From positions 64,001-128,000 of the forward strand of contig CAZSOZ010000002.1 in assembly GCA_964608675.1 (NCBI GenBank): a stretch of 64,000 nt of DNA, in the 5' to 3' direction. Below, in pieces: positions 19,903 to 29,787 of the stretch. The position numbers were made by a program, and so were the translations under genes. Origin of the DNA: an uncultured archaeon. Lineage in GTDB: Archaea > Iainarchaeota > Iainarchaeia > Iainarchaeales > 1-14-0-10-31-34. Positions within the stretch are counted from its first letter, which is position 1. Every line of letters begins with the position of its first letter. The notes below the pieces were generated by a model. That model worked only from the letters and a program-made list of their open reading frames with translations, was not told where the DNA came from and did not search any database.

Positions 19903-20499
19903 TTATTTTTCTTTTTTGAATTTTCCTTCAAAAACAATTTCTTTTAAATTTTTTCTGTCTGAAGGAAATTCTCTTTTCTGGTTTTTTTCTGACAAAACTT
20001 CTTTTTTTCCTGGTTTTCCTACTGCAATCATTGCTTCAACTTCAAATTCTCTTGGAATGCCTAATTCAGTTTTTGCTTTATCGTAATCAAAGCCTTCCAT
20101 TCCATGAACAACCAAGCCTTTCATTGAACCCTGCAAAGCCAGATTCATCCATGCTGAACCTGAATCAAATGAATGCGTTCTGGAAAAAGAATCATTAAAA
20201 TCAAAAGTAGTTTTTGAAACCACTGCAATTAAAACAGAAGCATTTTTTGTCCATTCTTGGTTTCCTGGTTTAAGTAAATCAAAAAAAGTTTTCCAATACT
20301 TTGAATTTTTTTTAGCATAAATAAATCTCCACGGCTGATTGTTTGCTGAAGAAGGAGCCCATTTTGCTGCTTCAAACAAACTCATTAATTCTTCATTTGT
20401 AATTTCTTTTTCTGACATTGCTCTTGGAGACCATCTTTTCAAAAATAATTCATTTACAGAAAACTCTGGTTTCCTGTATTCTTTTATGTTTTCTTGCAT
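19903..20499 (-). CDS. Nitroreductase family protein
   Basis: RWSPRAM, AAKWAPSSANNQPWRF and FDSGSAWMNLALQ. Confidence 0.94.
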   Translation of the reverse strand: MQENIKEYRKPEFSVNELFLKRWSPRAMSEKEITNEELMSLFEAAKWAPSSANNQPWRFIYAKKNSKYWKTFFDLLKPGNQEWTKNASVLIAVVSKTTFDFNDSFSRTHSFDSGSAWMNLALQGSMKGLVVHGMEGFDYDKAKTELGIPREFEVEAMIAVGKPGKKEVLSEKNQKREFPSDRKNLKEIVFEGKFKKEK

Positions 20500-20606
20500 T
20501 AATCGAACACCATAATTTAATTCAATTAAGCAATCTTTATATTTTTTTTGTTTTTTTTTCTTTTAATTCAGTTTAATATAAAAAACTTCTTTTTGATTAA
20601 TATTGC

Positions 20607-21458
20607 ATGGTTTCAGATTTAATTAATGATTTTTTTGTTGATCCTATTGCTTCTCATGGAGGATACAATTTAGTTAACACTTTAGTTTATGCATTGATTC
20701 TTTTAGGAATTGCTTTTTTTGTTGTGTTTCCTTTTTTTAAAAAAAAGGGAATTAAATTCGATTTTGAATTCTTTAAAGCAGTTTTTCCATTTATTGTTTT
20801 GGGTTCAACCATAAGGATTTTTGAAGAAAATTATTCTGCGGTTTATTTTGAATTATTTGAACGTTCAACAAATCCATTAACTTTTGGGTTTTATACGGTT
20901 TCTCCAGGAATTTATGTTTTGATTGGTTTTTTAACTATTTTCAGTTTAATTCTTTCTTTTGCTTTAAGCAAAAAACTGAATAAAGAGCCGTTAAAAATTT
21001 TCATGGGAATTGGAGTAATTTTGTCTTTGCCTGTTGTATTATACCATTTACTTCATTTAACTCGCCCAATTGAATTCTTTTTTGTTTTTATTTTTACAGC
21101 AGTAATAGTTTTTGCTTTAAAGTTTGTTTCAGAAAAAATGAATTCAAAAATTCTTTCATCTAATTTAAATCTTGCAGTGTTATTTGGACAGGCATTAGAT
21201 GGAGTTGCAACTTTTACTGCAATGACTTTTTTTTCTTCTTATTCAGAACAACATGTTTTATCTGATTTTGTAATTCAGAATTTTTCTCCTGCAGCATTTA
21301 TTTTAGTTAAAGTAATTCTTGCTCTTTTGGTTTTATGGTATGCAGACAAAGAAATAGAAGACGAAAAAATGAGAAACTTCATTAAATTATTTGTAATCAT
21401 AATAGGTTTTGCTCCGGGAATAAGAAGTGTATTTAGTTTAGGTTTAACTTTAAGTTAA
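20607..21458 (+). CDS. DUF63-family archaeal membrane protein
   Basis: GYNLVNTLVY, VSPGIY, GQALDGVATF, YSEQHV and GFAPGIR. Confidence 0.85.
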   Translation: MVSDLINDFFVDPIASHGGYNLVNTLVYALILLGIAFFVVFPFFKKKGIKFDFEFFKAVFPFIVLGSTIRIFEENYSAVYFELFERSTNPLTFGFYTVSPGIYVLIGFLTIFSLILSFALSKKLNKEPLKIFMGIGVILSLPVVLYHLLHLTRPIEFFFVFIFTAVIVFALKFVSEKMNSKILSSNLNLAVLFGQALDGVATFTAMTFFSSYSEQHVLSDFVIQNFSPAAFILVKVILALLVLWYADKEIEDEKMRNFIKLFVIIIGFAPGIRSVFSLGLTLS

Positions 21459-21537
21459 TTTTTTTAGAATCAGTTTAAAAAATAAAAAGACAAGGAAAGA
21501 ATTTTTTTTTCTTTCCCTTTTAAAAATAAATCAGCAT

Positions 21538-21636
21538 TTATCTTTTTTTCTTTTTCTTTGTTTTCTTTTTTTTAGTTGTCTTTTTTTTGGTTGTCTTTTT
21601 CTTTGTTGTTTTCTTTTTTTTCTTTTTTGCTGCCAT
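21538..21636 (-). CDS. 32-aa protamine-like peptide MAAKKKKKKTTKKKTTKKKTTKKKKTKKKKKR (not in ORF track)
   Basis: Hand translation. SD GAAAGGAGGT upstream, mixed AAA/AAG and ACA/ACC/ACT codons, downstream hairpin (21492-21519) plus T-tract. Confidence 0.8.
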   Translation of the reverse strand: MAAKKKKKKTTKKKTTKKKTTKKKKTKKKKKR

Positions 21637-21720
21637 AAAATCAAACCTCCTTTCAAAAAAAAATTTATTTACAGAATATAGAATTTATTATATTTAAATG
21701 TTTTGTTATAAAAGTATTTT

Positions 21721-22500
21721 TTGAGTGAAAAAATGTTTTTTTTAATTGGAATCGGATTAAAAAAAGAAAATTTAACTTTGGAAGCACAAAAAAAAATAAG
21801 TAAATGCAAAAAAATTTTTTTGGATTCATATACAAGCATTTATTCTGAAGGAAAAATTTCTGAACTGGAAAAATTTTTAGGAAAAAAAATTTCTGTTTTA
21901 AACAGAAATGACCTTGAAGAAAATTCATTGAATTTTTTTAATGAATCAAAAAAAGAAAATATTGCGTTGCTTGTTTTTGGGAATCCTTTGACTGCAACCA
22001 CTCATGTTTCAGTTTTGTCAGAACTTAAAAAGAAAGGGATTTCTTTTCAGGTTATTCCAGGGATTTCTATTTCAAATTTTGTTTCTTTTACCGGTCTGCA
22101 GGAATACAAATTCGGAAGAACTGTTTCAATCGTTTTTCCCTCTGAAAATTATGCTCCTGAATCTTTTTTTAATGCAATAACAAAAAACAAATCAATTGGA
22201 TTGCATACTTTATGTCTTTTGGACATTCAATCAGAAGAAAAAAAATTTATGAAAATAAAGGATGCAGTTGAACTCCTTGAAAAACTTGAACAAAAAAATA
22301 ATTCAAAAATTATTTCTGAAAGCGTTTTAATAGGGCTTGCCCGTGCAGGAGGAAATTCAATGAAAATAAAAGCAGGAACATCAAAAGAATTAAAGCAATT
22401 TGATTTCGGAAAAGAACCTCATTCTTTAATTGTGTCTGGAAACTTAAGTGAAGACGAAAAAGATTTTTTGAAAATTTTTTCTGAATGGAAAAAAAAATAA
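21721..22500 (+). CDS. dph5: Diphthine synthase
   Basis: LIGIGL, DSYTS, GNPLTATTH, GLQEYKFGRTVSI and GLHTLCLLDI. Confidence 0.95.
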   Translation: MSEKMFFLIGIGLKKENLTLEAQKKISKCKKIFLDSYTSIYSEGKISELEKFLGKKISVLNRNDLEENSLNFFNESKKENIALLVFGNPLTATTHVSVLSELKKKGISFQVIPGISISNFVSFTGLQEYKFGRTVSIVFPSENYAPESFFNAITKNKSIGLHTLCLLDIQSEEKKFMKIKDAVELLEKLEQKNNSKIISESVLIGLARAGGNSMKIKAGTSKELKQFDFGKEPHSLIVSGNLSEDEKDFLKIFSEWKKK

Positions 22501-22504
22501 AAAA

Positions 22505-22825
22505 GTGAAAAAAATGAAGGAAAAAAAAGCAAAAGAATTAAAAAAAAACCTTGAATTAAAAGTTGAAAAATATTTTTTTTTAACCGAAACTGCTTTAAAA
22601 AAAATTGAATTCAAAGAAAATTTGTCTGAAAAAGAAAAAAGTATTGCAGATGATTTTTTTGGCATGGCAGAAAATTATTTTTCTGATGCAAAACATTTCT
22701 CTGAAAAAAATGATTTATTGAATGCTTTGGCTGCATTGTCTTATGCTCATGCATGGCTTGATGCAGGAGTCCGTTCAGGATTGTTTGACGGAAAAAAAGA
22801 CGACAAACTTTTTACTCTGCGATAG
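22505..22825 (+). CDS. DUF357-domain protein
   Basis: MAENYFSDAKHF...ALAALSYAHAWLDAGVRSG; usual neighbour of dph5. Confidence 0.9.
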   Translation: MKKMKEKKAKELKKNLELKVEKYFFLTETALKKIEFKENLSEKEKSIADDFFGMAENYFSDAKHFSEKNDLLNALAALSYAHAWLDAGVRSGLFDGKKDDKLFTLR

Positions 22826-22852
22826 CTTTTTTAATTTCTTTCACTTAATTTT

Positions 22853-23326
22853 ATGCATATGAGCATTTATGAAGAACAAAATTCTCTGCCAAAGTATTCT
22901 TTCAGTTATTCTAAATTAAAGTTTCCTGTAATTGCATTTATTGCAGTGCTGGTTATTGCTTTTCTGGTTATTTCGTCTTTAAGTTTGTTTGAACCTGATC
23001 CTCTGCTGGTTTCATTTGAAGAACAGGTTTTTGATTTAAATGAAAAAAACAGCCTGCTGATGAAAGCTGTTGTAGTTAATGTTTTACAAGAAGATGTCAG
23101 GGATTCTGTAATTAAAGTCAGTCCGGTTGATGAAAAAGCTTTAACTGTTTTTCCAAAAGAAATTCAGGTTGAGGTTTTAGGCCAAGGGGAATCAAGGGCA
23201 TATAATTTTAATGTCAGGGTTTTAAATGAAGAAATTCCTTCAGGAAACTATGAAATCCAGATAGGATTTCTTGCAGGAGGACACCTTTATATAAAAAGGG
23301 TTTCAGTTTACATTAAAAACAACTAG
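22853..23326 (+). CDS. Membrane-anchored protein with an Ig-like beta domain
   Basis: Single N-terminal TM followed by alternating beta strands (LGQGESRAYNFNV, SGNYEIQI). Confidence 0.65.
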   Translation: MHMSIYEEQNSLPKYSFSYSKLKFPVIAFIAVLVIAFLVISSLSLFEPDPLLVSFEEQVFDLNEKNSLLMKAVVVNVLQEDVRDSVIKVSPVDEKALTVFPKEIQVEVLGQGESRAYNFNVRVLNEEIPSGNYEIQIGFLAGGHLYIKRVSVYIKNN

Positions 23327-23595
23327 GCTTCTATTTTGAATTCTTTGAATTCGTTTTCTGCTTTCATCCATTTTGTTTCAATTTTGTCTATTCTTGTAAA
23401 AGTAAAATTTTTTATTGCTTTAAGAAATTTTTTTAATTCTTGTTTTTTTCCTTCAGCTATAATTTGCACTTTTTTGTTTGGAAGATTTTTAACAAAACCT
23501 TTTACTTCAAATTCCTTTGAAGCTTTAACTGTATTTGCACGAAAAAACACGCCCTGTACTTTTCCTGAAATAATGCATTCCATTCTTTCTTTCAT
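23323..23595 (-). CDS. acyP: Acylphosphatase
   Basis: ISGKVQGVFFR and GFVKNLPN. Confidence 0.93.
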   Translation of the reverse strand: MKERMECIISGKVQGVFFRANTVKASKEFEVKGFVKNLPNKKVQIIAEGKKQELKKFLKAIKNFTFTRIDKIETKWMKAENEFKEFKIEA

Positions 23596-23696
23596 AAAAA
23601 AAAAATTACAGCAAAAAAAATTAAATTAAGTTTGTTTTTTTTTCACCGGCATTTACCTCAGAATTTGTTTAAAAACAAAAAAAACTTTTTTTTTGC

Positions 23697-24842
23697 ATGA
23701 ATTTAAGAGAAAAAGTAAAAGTTTTAAGCGAAGGAGGAAAATATGATGCCTGTGCAAGTTCTTCCTGCAATCCAAAAAAATCAATTGTATTCCCGAACGA
23801 CAGAATAGGAAACCTTGCTTCAGGAGGAATCTGCCATTCTTATCTTCCGTCAGGTCAATGCGTTTCATTATTTAAAGTCCTGTTAAGCAATAAATGCACC
23901 AACGACTGCTTTTATTGTTCGAATAATTGTTCAGCAAGAATAAATAGAACTGAATTCTCAAAAGAAGAATTAGCAAGAACCTTTCTGCACTTATATCAAG
24001 CGAATTACGTTGAAGGCCTTTTCTTAAGCTCTGGAATCGGAATAGATGAAGAAATTCAAATGGAAAAAATGATTGAAACAGTCAAACACCTGAGATTTAA
24101 GGAAAAATTTCATGGCTACATTCACTTGAAAATCCTTCCCGGCGTATCAAAAGACAAAATTGATCAGGCTACAAGGCTTGCTTCAAGAGTTTCAATTAAC
24201 TCAGAAGCCCCAAACAAGTCCCGTTTAAATGAATTAACTTCAACAAAAGAATTCAAAACAGATGTTTTGAAAAGAATGCGCTGGATTAAACAAAAAGCAG
24301 AAAAAAACAATCTGCCGTCAGGGCATACCACTCAATTAGTTGTCGGCCCTGCAGGAGAAACTGACAGAGAAATTCTTTTCAGAACAGACAAATTTTATTC
24401 TGAAATGAATTTAAAAAGAGGCTATTTTTCTGCATTTACTCCAATTCAGGGAACTCCTTTTGAAAACAAACAAAAAGAACCCTTAAAAAGAGAAAATTTT
24501 TTGTATCGCGCTGACTTCATGATGCGCTTGTACGGCATTAACCGAAAAGAACTTGCTTTCAATGAAAATGGAAACTTTGATTTAAGTATTGACCCAAAAA
24601 TTGCAATGGCATTGCAGTCAGACTTATTTCCATTAGACCTGAATGAATGTTCTTTTGATGAATTAATTAGAGTTCCAGGCATCGGCCCTACCTGTGCAAA
24701 AAGAATTGATGATATGAAAAAAACAGGCTTCAAGTTTTCAAAGGAAAGCGAACTCAAAAATTTAGGGGTAGTAAGCAAAAGAGTTCTTCCTTTCATTAAA
24801 TTAAATGGAAGAACCCAGTCAAATTTAAGGCAGTTCAGTTAA
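23697..24842 (+). CDS. Putative DNA modification/repair radical SAM protein with HhH (TIGR03916-like)
   Basis: KYDACASS, GICHS, CTNDCFYC, NYVEGLFLSSG, GYIHLKILPG, LYRADFMMRLYG and LIRVPGIG. Confidence 0.92.
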   Translation: MNLREKVKVLSEGGKYDACASSSCNPKKSIVFPNDRIGNLASGGICHSYLPSGQCVSLFKVLLSNKCTNDCFYCSNNCSARINRTEFSKEELARTFLHLYQANYVEGLFLSSGIGIDEEIQMEKMIETVKHLRFKEKFHGYIHLKILPGVSKDKIDQATRLASRVSINSEAPNKSRLNELTSTKEFKTDVLKRMRWIKQKAEKNNLPSGHTTQLVVGPAGETDREILFRTDKFYSEMNLKRGYFSAFTPIQGTPFENKQKEPLKRENFLYRADFMMRLYGINRKELAFNENGNFDLSIDPKIAMALQSDLFPLDLNECSFDELIRVPGIGPTCAKRIDDMKKTGFKFSKESELKNLGVVSKRVLPFIKLNGRTQSNLRQFS

Positions 24843-24851
24843 AGTGATTAA

Positions 24852-25466
24852 ATGAATTCAAAACAAAAAGAACTTCAAAAAAGAATTTTTTTTGCAAAAA
24901 AGCATTCTTCGCGTGAAAAAGAAAAAATCATTCAGAAAGTTTTACAGCAGAAACAAAAATTTGGAATTGATTTTGTTGTAAACAATATTTCCCCTGAAGC
25001 AAGAAAACTTTATTCTTTAAGCAGTCAGGTTTCAATGTACATTCATAAAGCAGAATCATTTATCAGATTAAAACAATTAAAAGAAACTTTAATTGGAAAA
25101 GCGTTTTTTGATTTTCCTGTTGCTGAAATCGTTGCAAGGCATTTTATTCAGCGTTTTCCAAACAAAAAAATCATTATTGTTGACGAAAATTTGAATAAGG
25201 CTTTTGTCTCTGAAGGAAACCGAATTCTCTGCTCTGATGCAAAAGAATTCCGTGACTTGTTCAATTCAATTGATGAAACAGTTTCAAACAAAGAACTTGA
25301 ATCATTGTTCTCTGTTTTTTATGGTTCCCAGGTAATAGAAGAAAGGCGCAATAGAAAGTATGCTTTGCGCATGATGCCAAAAAAATATTGGAAAAATTTT
25401 AGTTTGCGTGAAGCAAAAAAAGTGGATAAAGGTTTTTACAAAGGAAATTTATTTGATTTCTGCTAG
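24852..25466 (+). CDS. DUF4130 / TIGR03915-like DNA metabolism partner protein
   Basis: HKAESFIR, ARHFIQRF and IEERRN...MPKKYWKN; directly follows the rSAM gene as in bacteria. Confidence 0.8.
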   Translation: MNSKQKELQKRIFFAKKHSSREKEKIIQKVLQQKQKFGIDFVVNNISPEARKLYSLSSQVSMYIHKAESFIRLKQLKETLIGKAFFDFPVAEIVARHFIQRFPNKKIIIVDENLNKAFVSEGNRILCSDAKEFRDLFNSIDETVSNKELESLFSVFYGSQVIEERRNRKYALRMMPKKYWKNFSLREAKKVDKGFYKGNLFDFC

Positions 25467-26096
25467 CTTTTTCTTTCCAAAATTGCATTCCTTGTTTAAT
25501 AAACAAATTTCACATTTAGGATTAACCGGAAGGCATTTTTTTTGCCCAAATTTAACCATTAAATCATTCAATTCAATCCATTTGTTTTTTGGAAAAACTT
25601 TCATTAATTTTATTTCACTTTCTTCAGGTGTTCTGGTTTTAATTAATCCAATTCTGTTTGAAATTCTGTGAACATGAACATCCACAGGAATAGCTGGAAC
25701 TTTGAATGAATACACAAGAACACAGTTGGCTGTCTTTCTTCCAACTCCCTTTAATGAAACAAGTTCTTCAAGTGAATCAGGAACCTTGCCTCCAAACTTT
25801 TCATTTAATTCTATTGCAATGTTTTTGATTGTTTTTGCTTTAACCCGATAAAATCCTGCAGGCTTAATCAATAATTCAATTTTTTTTATTGGAGCATTAG
25901 CAAGTTTTTTTGCTGAAGGAAATTCTGCAAACAATTGTTTTGATGCTTTTACAGTGTTTTCATCTCTTGTTCGCTGACTCAACACAGTTGAAATCAAAAC
26001 TTTAAACGAAGTATTAAAGCCGACAACAGGTTTATGAAAGCCAACTTCTTTATGCAAAAGCCTGAGAATTAAATTAATGTTTTTTTTTGCTTTCAT
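25449..26096 (-). CDS. nth: Endonuclease III
   Basis: LKGVGRKTAN HhH, VDVHVHRISNRIG and C-x6-C-x2-C-x5-C Fe-S motif. Confidence 0.96.
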   Translation of the reverse strand: MKAKKNINLILRLLHKEVGFHKPVVGFNTSFKVLISTVLSQRTRDENTVKASKQLFAEFPSAKKLANAPIKKIELLIKPAGFYRVKAKTIKNIAIELNEKFGGKVPDSLEELVSLKGVGRKTANCVLVYSFKVPAIPVDVHVHRISNRIGLIKTRTPEESEIKLMKVFPKNKWIELNDLMVKFGQKKCLPVNPKCEICLLNKECNFGKKKLAEIK

Positions 26097-26115
26097 TTTT
26101 TTTCAATTAATTTTT

Positions 26116-26880
26116 TTAAATCAAGTTTTCTTTTATGTAATTGACTCCGTTTCTGAAAACTGAAATTCCTTCGCCTTCAAACGGAAGCTGAATTCTTGTG
26201 CTTCTGGGATCACAAAAAGAATAAGTGTTTTTTTCTGGATGAGGCATTAAACCAAAAATTCTTCCTGTTGAATCGCAGATTCCAGCAATTGAATCAACTG
26301 AACCATTCGGATTTTTTTCGTATTTAAAAACAACGCGGTTTTTTTCGTAAAGTGTTTTTAATGTTTCTTCAGGCATCACCAGTTTTCCTTCTCCGTGGTT
26401 TATTGGACAATAAATTGATTCAATTCTTTTAGTCCAAACGCAATGGTTTCCGCCGGATTTTTTTATGGTAATCCATTCATCCTGAAAATGCCCTGAATCA
26501 TTTGAAATCAAACTGATTTCCTGTTTAAAAAGTTCATCCGAAGCATTCAACAAACCTGATTTAACTAAAGCCTGAAATCCATTGCATATTCCTAAAATTA
26601 ATTTTTGTTGTTCTAAAAATTCTTCAATTTCTTTTCTTAAATTAAATGCAAGCTTGTTTGCAAGAATTTTGGCAGAAGAAATATAGTCTCCGTCTGCAAA
26701 ACCTCCAGGCAAAACCAAAGCATGAAAATCCTGCAGTAAAATTTCTTTTCTTTCTAAAGAATTAATATGAACAGCTTTTGCTTCTGCTTGCAAATAATTA
26801 AATACATTAACTGTTTCTGCATCACAGTTTGTTCCTGCTGTCCTCAAAACTAAAATTTTCGGCTTCATTTTTTTCACCAA
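26116..26880 (-). CDS. purQ: FGAM synthase glutaminase subunit
   Basis: GTNCDAE, PGGFADGD, GICNGFQ and GLMPHPE. Confidence 0.96.
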   Translation of the reverse strand: MVKKMKPKILVLRTAGTNCDAETVNVFNYLQAEAKAVHINSLERKEILLQDFHALVLPGGFADGDYISSAKILANKLAFNLRKEIEEFLEQQKLILGICNGFQALVKSGLLNASDELFKQEISLISNDSGHFQDEWITIKKSGGNHCVWTKRIESIYCPINHGEGKLVMPEETLKTLYEKNRVVFKYEKNPNGSVDSIAGICDSTGRIFGLMPHPEKNTYSFCDPRSTRIQLPFEGEGISVFRNGVNYIKENLI

Positions 26881-29279
26881 TTCAATGTTTTTTTCCAGGC
26901 ATTTTTTAATTCATTTAACTCTAAATCAATAATTTTTTCTGCGTTTAATCCAGTTACTTCCAAATAATTTTTGTCTGTTACTCTGCCGATTTCACAATAA
27001 ATGCTTCCCTGCATTTTCTTTTCAAATTCATCCCTGAATTTATATGGAACTTCAACTAAAATCCTTGAATTAGATTCAGAAAACAATAAAACCGCATTAG
27101 TTTTTTTGTCTTCGTTTCCTTCAAAAAAAACTTTCCTTAAATCAATTTGTGCTCCAAGCATGCCTCCAAAAGCCATTTCAGCTAATGCAACTGCAAGGCC
27201 TCCTTCACTGCAATCATGCATTGAACGAATAATTCTTTCCTCGTTTTTTTCTCCAATTAAACTTAATTCAGATAATCCTTCATAAGCTTTTAATGCTTCT
27301 ATTGCATTCACTTCAGGAACATTTTTTCCTGTTTTATTATGCAGTTTAAGAAAATGGCTTCCGCCTAACTCATTTCTTGTTGCTCCAACCAAAAAAATCA
27401 CATTGTCTTTTTCTTTAAAATCCATAGAAATCCTTTTTTGTGCGTCAGGCATTACTCCTAAAGCAGAAATCAACAAAGTAGAAGGAATAGAAATAGTTTT
27501 GTCATTTAATTTGAATTCATTATAAAAAGAATCCTTGCCTGAAATAAAAGGAGTTCCAAAAGCAATTGCAAAATCTCTGCATGCAAAAGAACTCCTCACC
27601 AATTCAGCCAGCTTTTCTTTTGTTGGAGAACTCCAACAAAAATTATCAAGCAAAGCAATATGATTCATTTGAGCTCCAACACAAATTAAATTTCTTACTG
27701 CTTCATCTATTGCGCTTGCAGACATCCAGTAAGAGTCAATGTCTCCATACAAAGGATTAATTCCGTTGGAAACAGCAATTCCTTTCTTTGAATCAAACAA
27801 AGGCTTTATAACTGAAGCATCGCTTGGACTGTCGTTTTCTTTTCCCATTAAAGGCTTAATAACAGAAGTTCCCTGAACTTCATGGTCATACTGCCTTATT
27901 GTTGTTTCCTTTGAAGCAATATTCGGCATTGCAAGCAGTTTCAATAAAATTTGATTAAAATCAGAAGGCTCATTAAATTCTTCTTTCAAGTTTTTTTCTT
28001 TCCATTCTGCTTCCCAAATGCATTTAGGCAGAGCGTTATGCAAAAAACTCATTTCCAAGTCAATTATTTTTTGTTCTTCAAAAAAAACCTCTAATTTTTT
28101 TGAGTCAGTGAATTCTCCTAAAACAACTGCTTCAACATCTTCTTTAGAGCATAATTCAATAAACTCTTTTTCATTTTCTTGCGGAACAGCTAAAATCATT
28201 CTTTCCTGTGATTCACTTACCCATATTTCCCACGGTTTTAATCCCTTATACTTCAAAAGAGCTTTCTCTAAATGAACTACTGCTCCGGTTTCTTCTGCTA
28301 TTTCGCCTATTGCAGAACTAAAACCTCCTGCCCCACAGTCAGTAATGCAATTATATAATTTTTTGTCTCTTGCCTGCAAAAGCACGTCCATCATTTTTTT
28401 TTCTTCAATAGGATTTCCTATTTGCACGGCAGTTGAAGCAGTTTCTTCTGTTAATTCAGCTGAAGAAAAAGTTGCGCCATGAATTCCATCTCTGCCAGTT
28501 CTTCCTCCAACCACAACAATTTTGTTTCCTTTTTCAGCTTTCTTTTTATGCATTCCTTTAGGAATTAAACCAATTGTACCGCAGTACACTAAAGGATTCC
28601 CCAAATACCTGTCGTCAAACAATATTGCTCCATTAATAGTGGGAATTCCCATTCTGTTTCCGTAATCCCTTACTCCAGCTCTTACTCCCTTAAAAATTCT
28701 TTTAGGGTGTAGTAAGTTTTCAGGAATTTTATTTCTTTCTGCTTCAAAATCTCCAAAACAAAAAACATCAGTGTTGGCAACAGGTTTTGCTCCCAATCCA
28801 ACACCCAAAATATCTCTTATAACTCCCCCTATTCCTGTGTTAGCTCCTCCATAGGGATCCAAAGCAGAAGGATGATTATGGGTTTCAACTTTAAAAGCTG
28901 TATCAAAGTTTTCATTAAAAGAAATTATTCCAGCGTTATCAGAAAAAACTGAAACCAGCCAGCCCTTGTTTTTGCTAATCCTGTTTGTAGCTGTCTTAAT
29001 TGTTTCTCTAAACAAGTTTTCAATTCTTTTTTCTTTTGTGTCTCCATTCAAAAAAACTTCCCTGTAATTAAAAGCAGAATTAAATATTTTATGTTTGCAG
29101 TGCTCACTCCAAGTTTGCGCTAAAGTTTCAAGTTCTGCCTGAGAAGGATTCATTTTTTTTTCTTTAAAATACTTTTGAATTACTTTCATTTCATTTTCAT
29201 TCAAAGACAAAAGCATTCTTTTGCTTAAATCCATTAACTCTTTATCATTTAAACCAATTAATTTAATTTCATTTTCCAT
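26874..29279 (-). CDS. purL: FGAM synthase synthetase subunit
   Basis: QTWSEHCKHK, KVETHNHPS, DCGAGG, SESQERM and HDCSEGG. Confidence 0.97.
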   Translation of the reverse strand: MENEIKLIGLNDKELMDLSKRMLLSLNENEMKVIQKYFKEKKMNPSQAELETLAQTWSEHCKHKIFNSAFNYREVFLNGDTKEKRIENLFRETIKTATNRISKNKGWLVSVFSDNAGIISFNENFDTAFKVETHNHPSALDPYGGANTGIGGVIRDILGVGLGAKPVANTDVFCFGDFEAERNKIPENLLHPKRIFKGVRAGVRDYGNRMGIPTINGAILFDDRYLGNPLVYCGTIGLIPKGMHKKKAEKGNKIVVVGGRTGRDGIHGATFSSAELTEETASTAVQIGNPIEEKKMMDVLLQARDKKLYNCITDCGAGGFSSAIGEIAEETGAVVHLEKALLKYKGLKPWEIWVSESQERMILAVPQENEKEFIELCSKEDVEAVVLGEFTDSKKLEVFFEEQKIIDLEMSFLHNALPKCIWEAEWKEKNLKEEFNEPSDFNQILLKLLAMPNIASKETTIRQYDHEVQGTSVIKPLMGKENDSPSDASVIKPLFDSKKGIAVSNGINPLYGDIDSYWMSASAIDEAVRNLICVGAQMNHIALLDNFCWSSPTKEKLAELVRSSFACRDFAIAFGTPFISGKDSFYNEFKLNDKTISIPSTLLISALGVMPDAQKRISMDFKEKDNVIFLVGATRNELGGSHFLKLHNKTGKNVPEVNAIEALKAYEGLSELSLIGEKNEERIIRSMHDCSEGGLAVALAEMAFGGMLGAQIDLRKVFFEGNEDKKTNAVLLFSESNSRILVEVPYKFRDEFEKKMQGSIYCEIGRVTDKNYLEVTGLNAEKIIDLELNELKNAWKKTLNW

Positions 29280-29283
29280 TTTT

Positions 29284-29751
29284 TCACTTTTTGATTTCTT
29301 TTATTTCAAAAGATTCAATTATTTCGTTTGCAAGAAAATTCCTGCAAATTCGGTTTATTTCTTCTTTTGTTATTCCGGAAAAAAAATATTTTTTTGATGT
29401 TTTAATTGACTCGTTTTCAGCAAAATTTCTTTTAAGCAAATCTTTTACTCCGGTCATTGCTGCATTTCCTTCATTGTCTGTTGTTCCAGGCAAAAGCTTT
29501 ATTTCAGCTGTCCAGTCAGCATTAATTTCTGTATCAGAATTAATTTTATAGTCTTCTACTACAGGATCAGCAAAAAGACTTGAAGCAGTTTTTTTGAGTT
29601 CTTCTTCTGATAATTCTGCATTAACATAATAACATTTAATTATTTTCAGGGAATCCAGTTTAATTCCCAAATCAAACAAAACATCATTTTTTATTGCTCT
29701 TGCCTCAGAATCATTTTCTTTTTCTTTAAAAAACACTTCAATTTTATTCAT
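29284..29751 (-). CDS. purS: Tandem (double-domain) PurS
   Basis: Two PurS-like halves ending in LFADPVVE and FLANEIIE; first gene of purS-L-Q. Confidence 0.8.
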   Translation of the reverse strand: MNKIEVFFKEKENDSEARAIKNDVLFDLGIKLDSLKIIKCYYVNAELSEEELKKTASSLFADPVVEDYKINSDTEINADWTAEIKLLPGTTDNEGNAAMTGVKDLLKRNFAENESIKTSKKYFFSGITKEEINRICRNFLANEIIESFEIKEIKK

Positions 29752-29787
29752 TTTTTTTCCTCAAATAGTTTAAGATAACAGCTTTTT

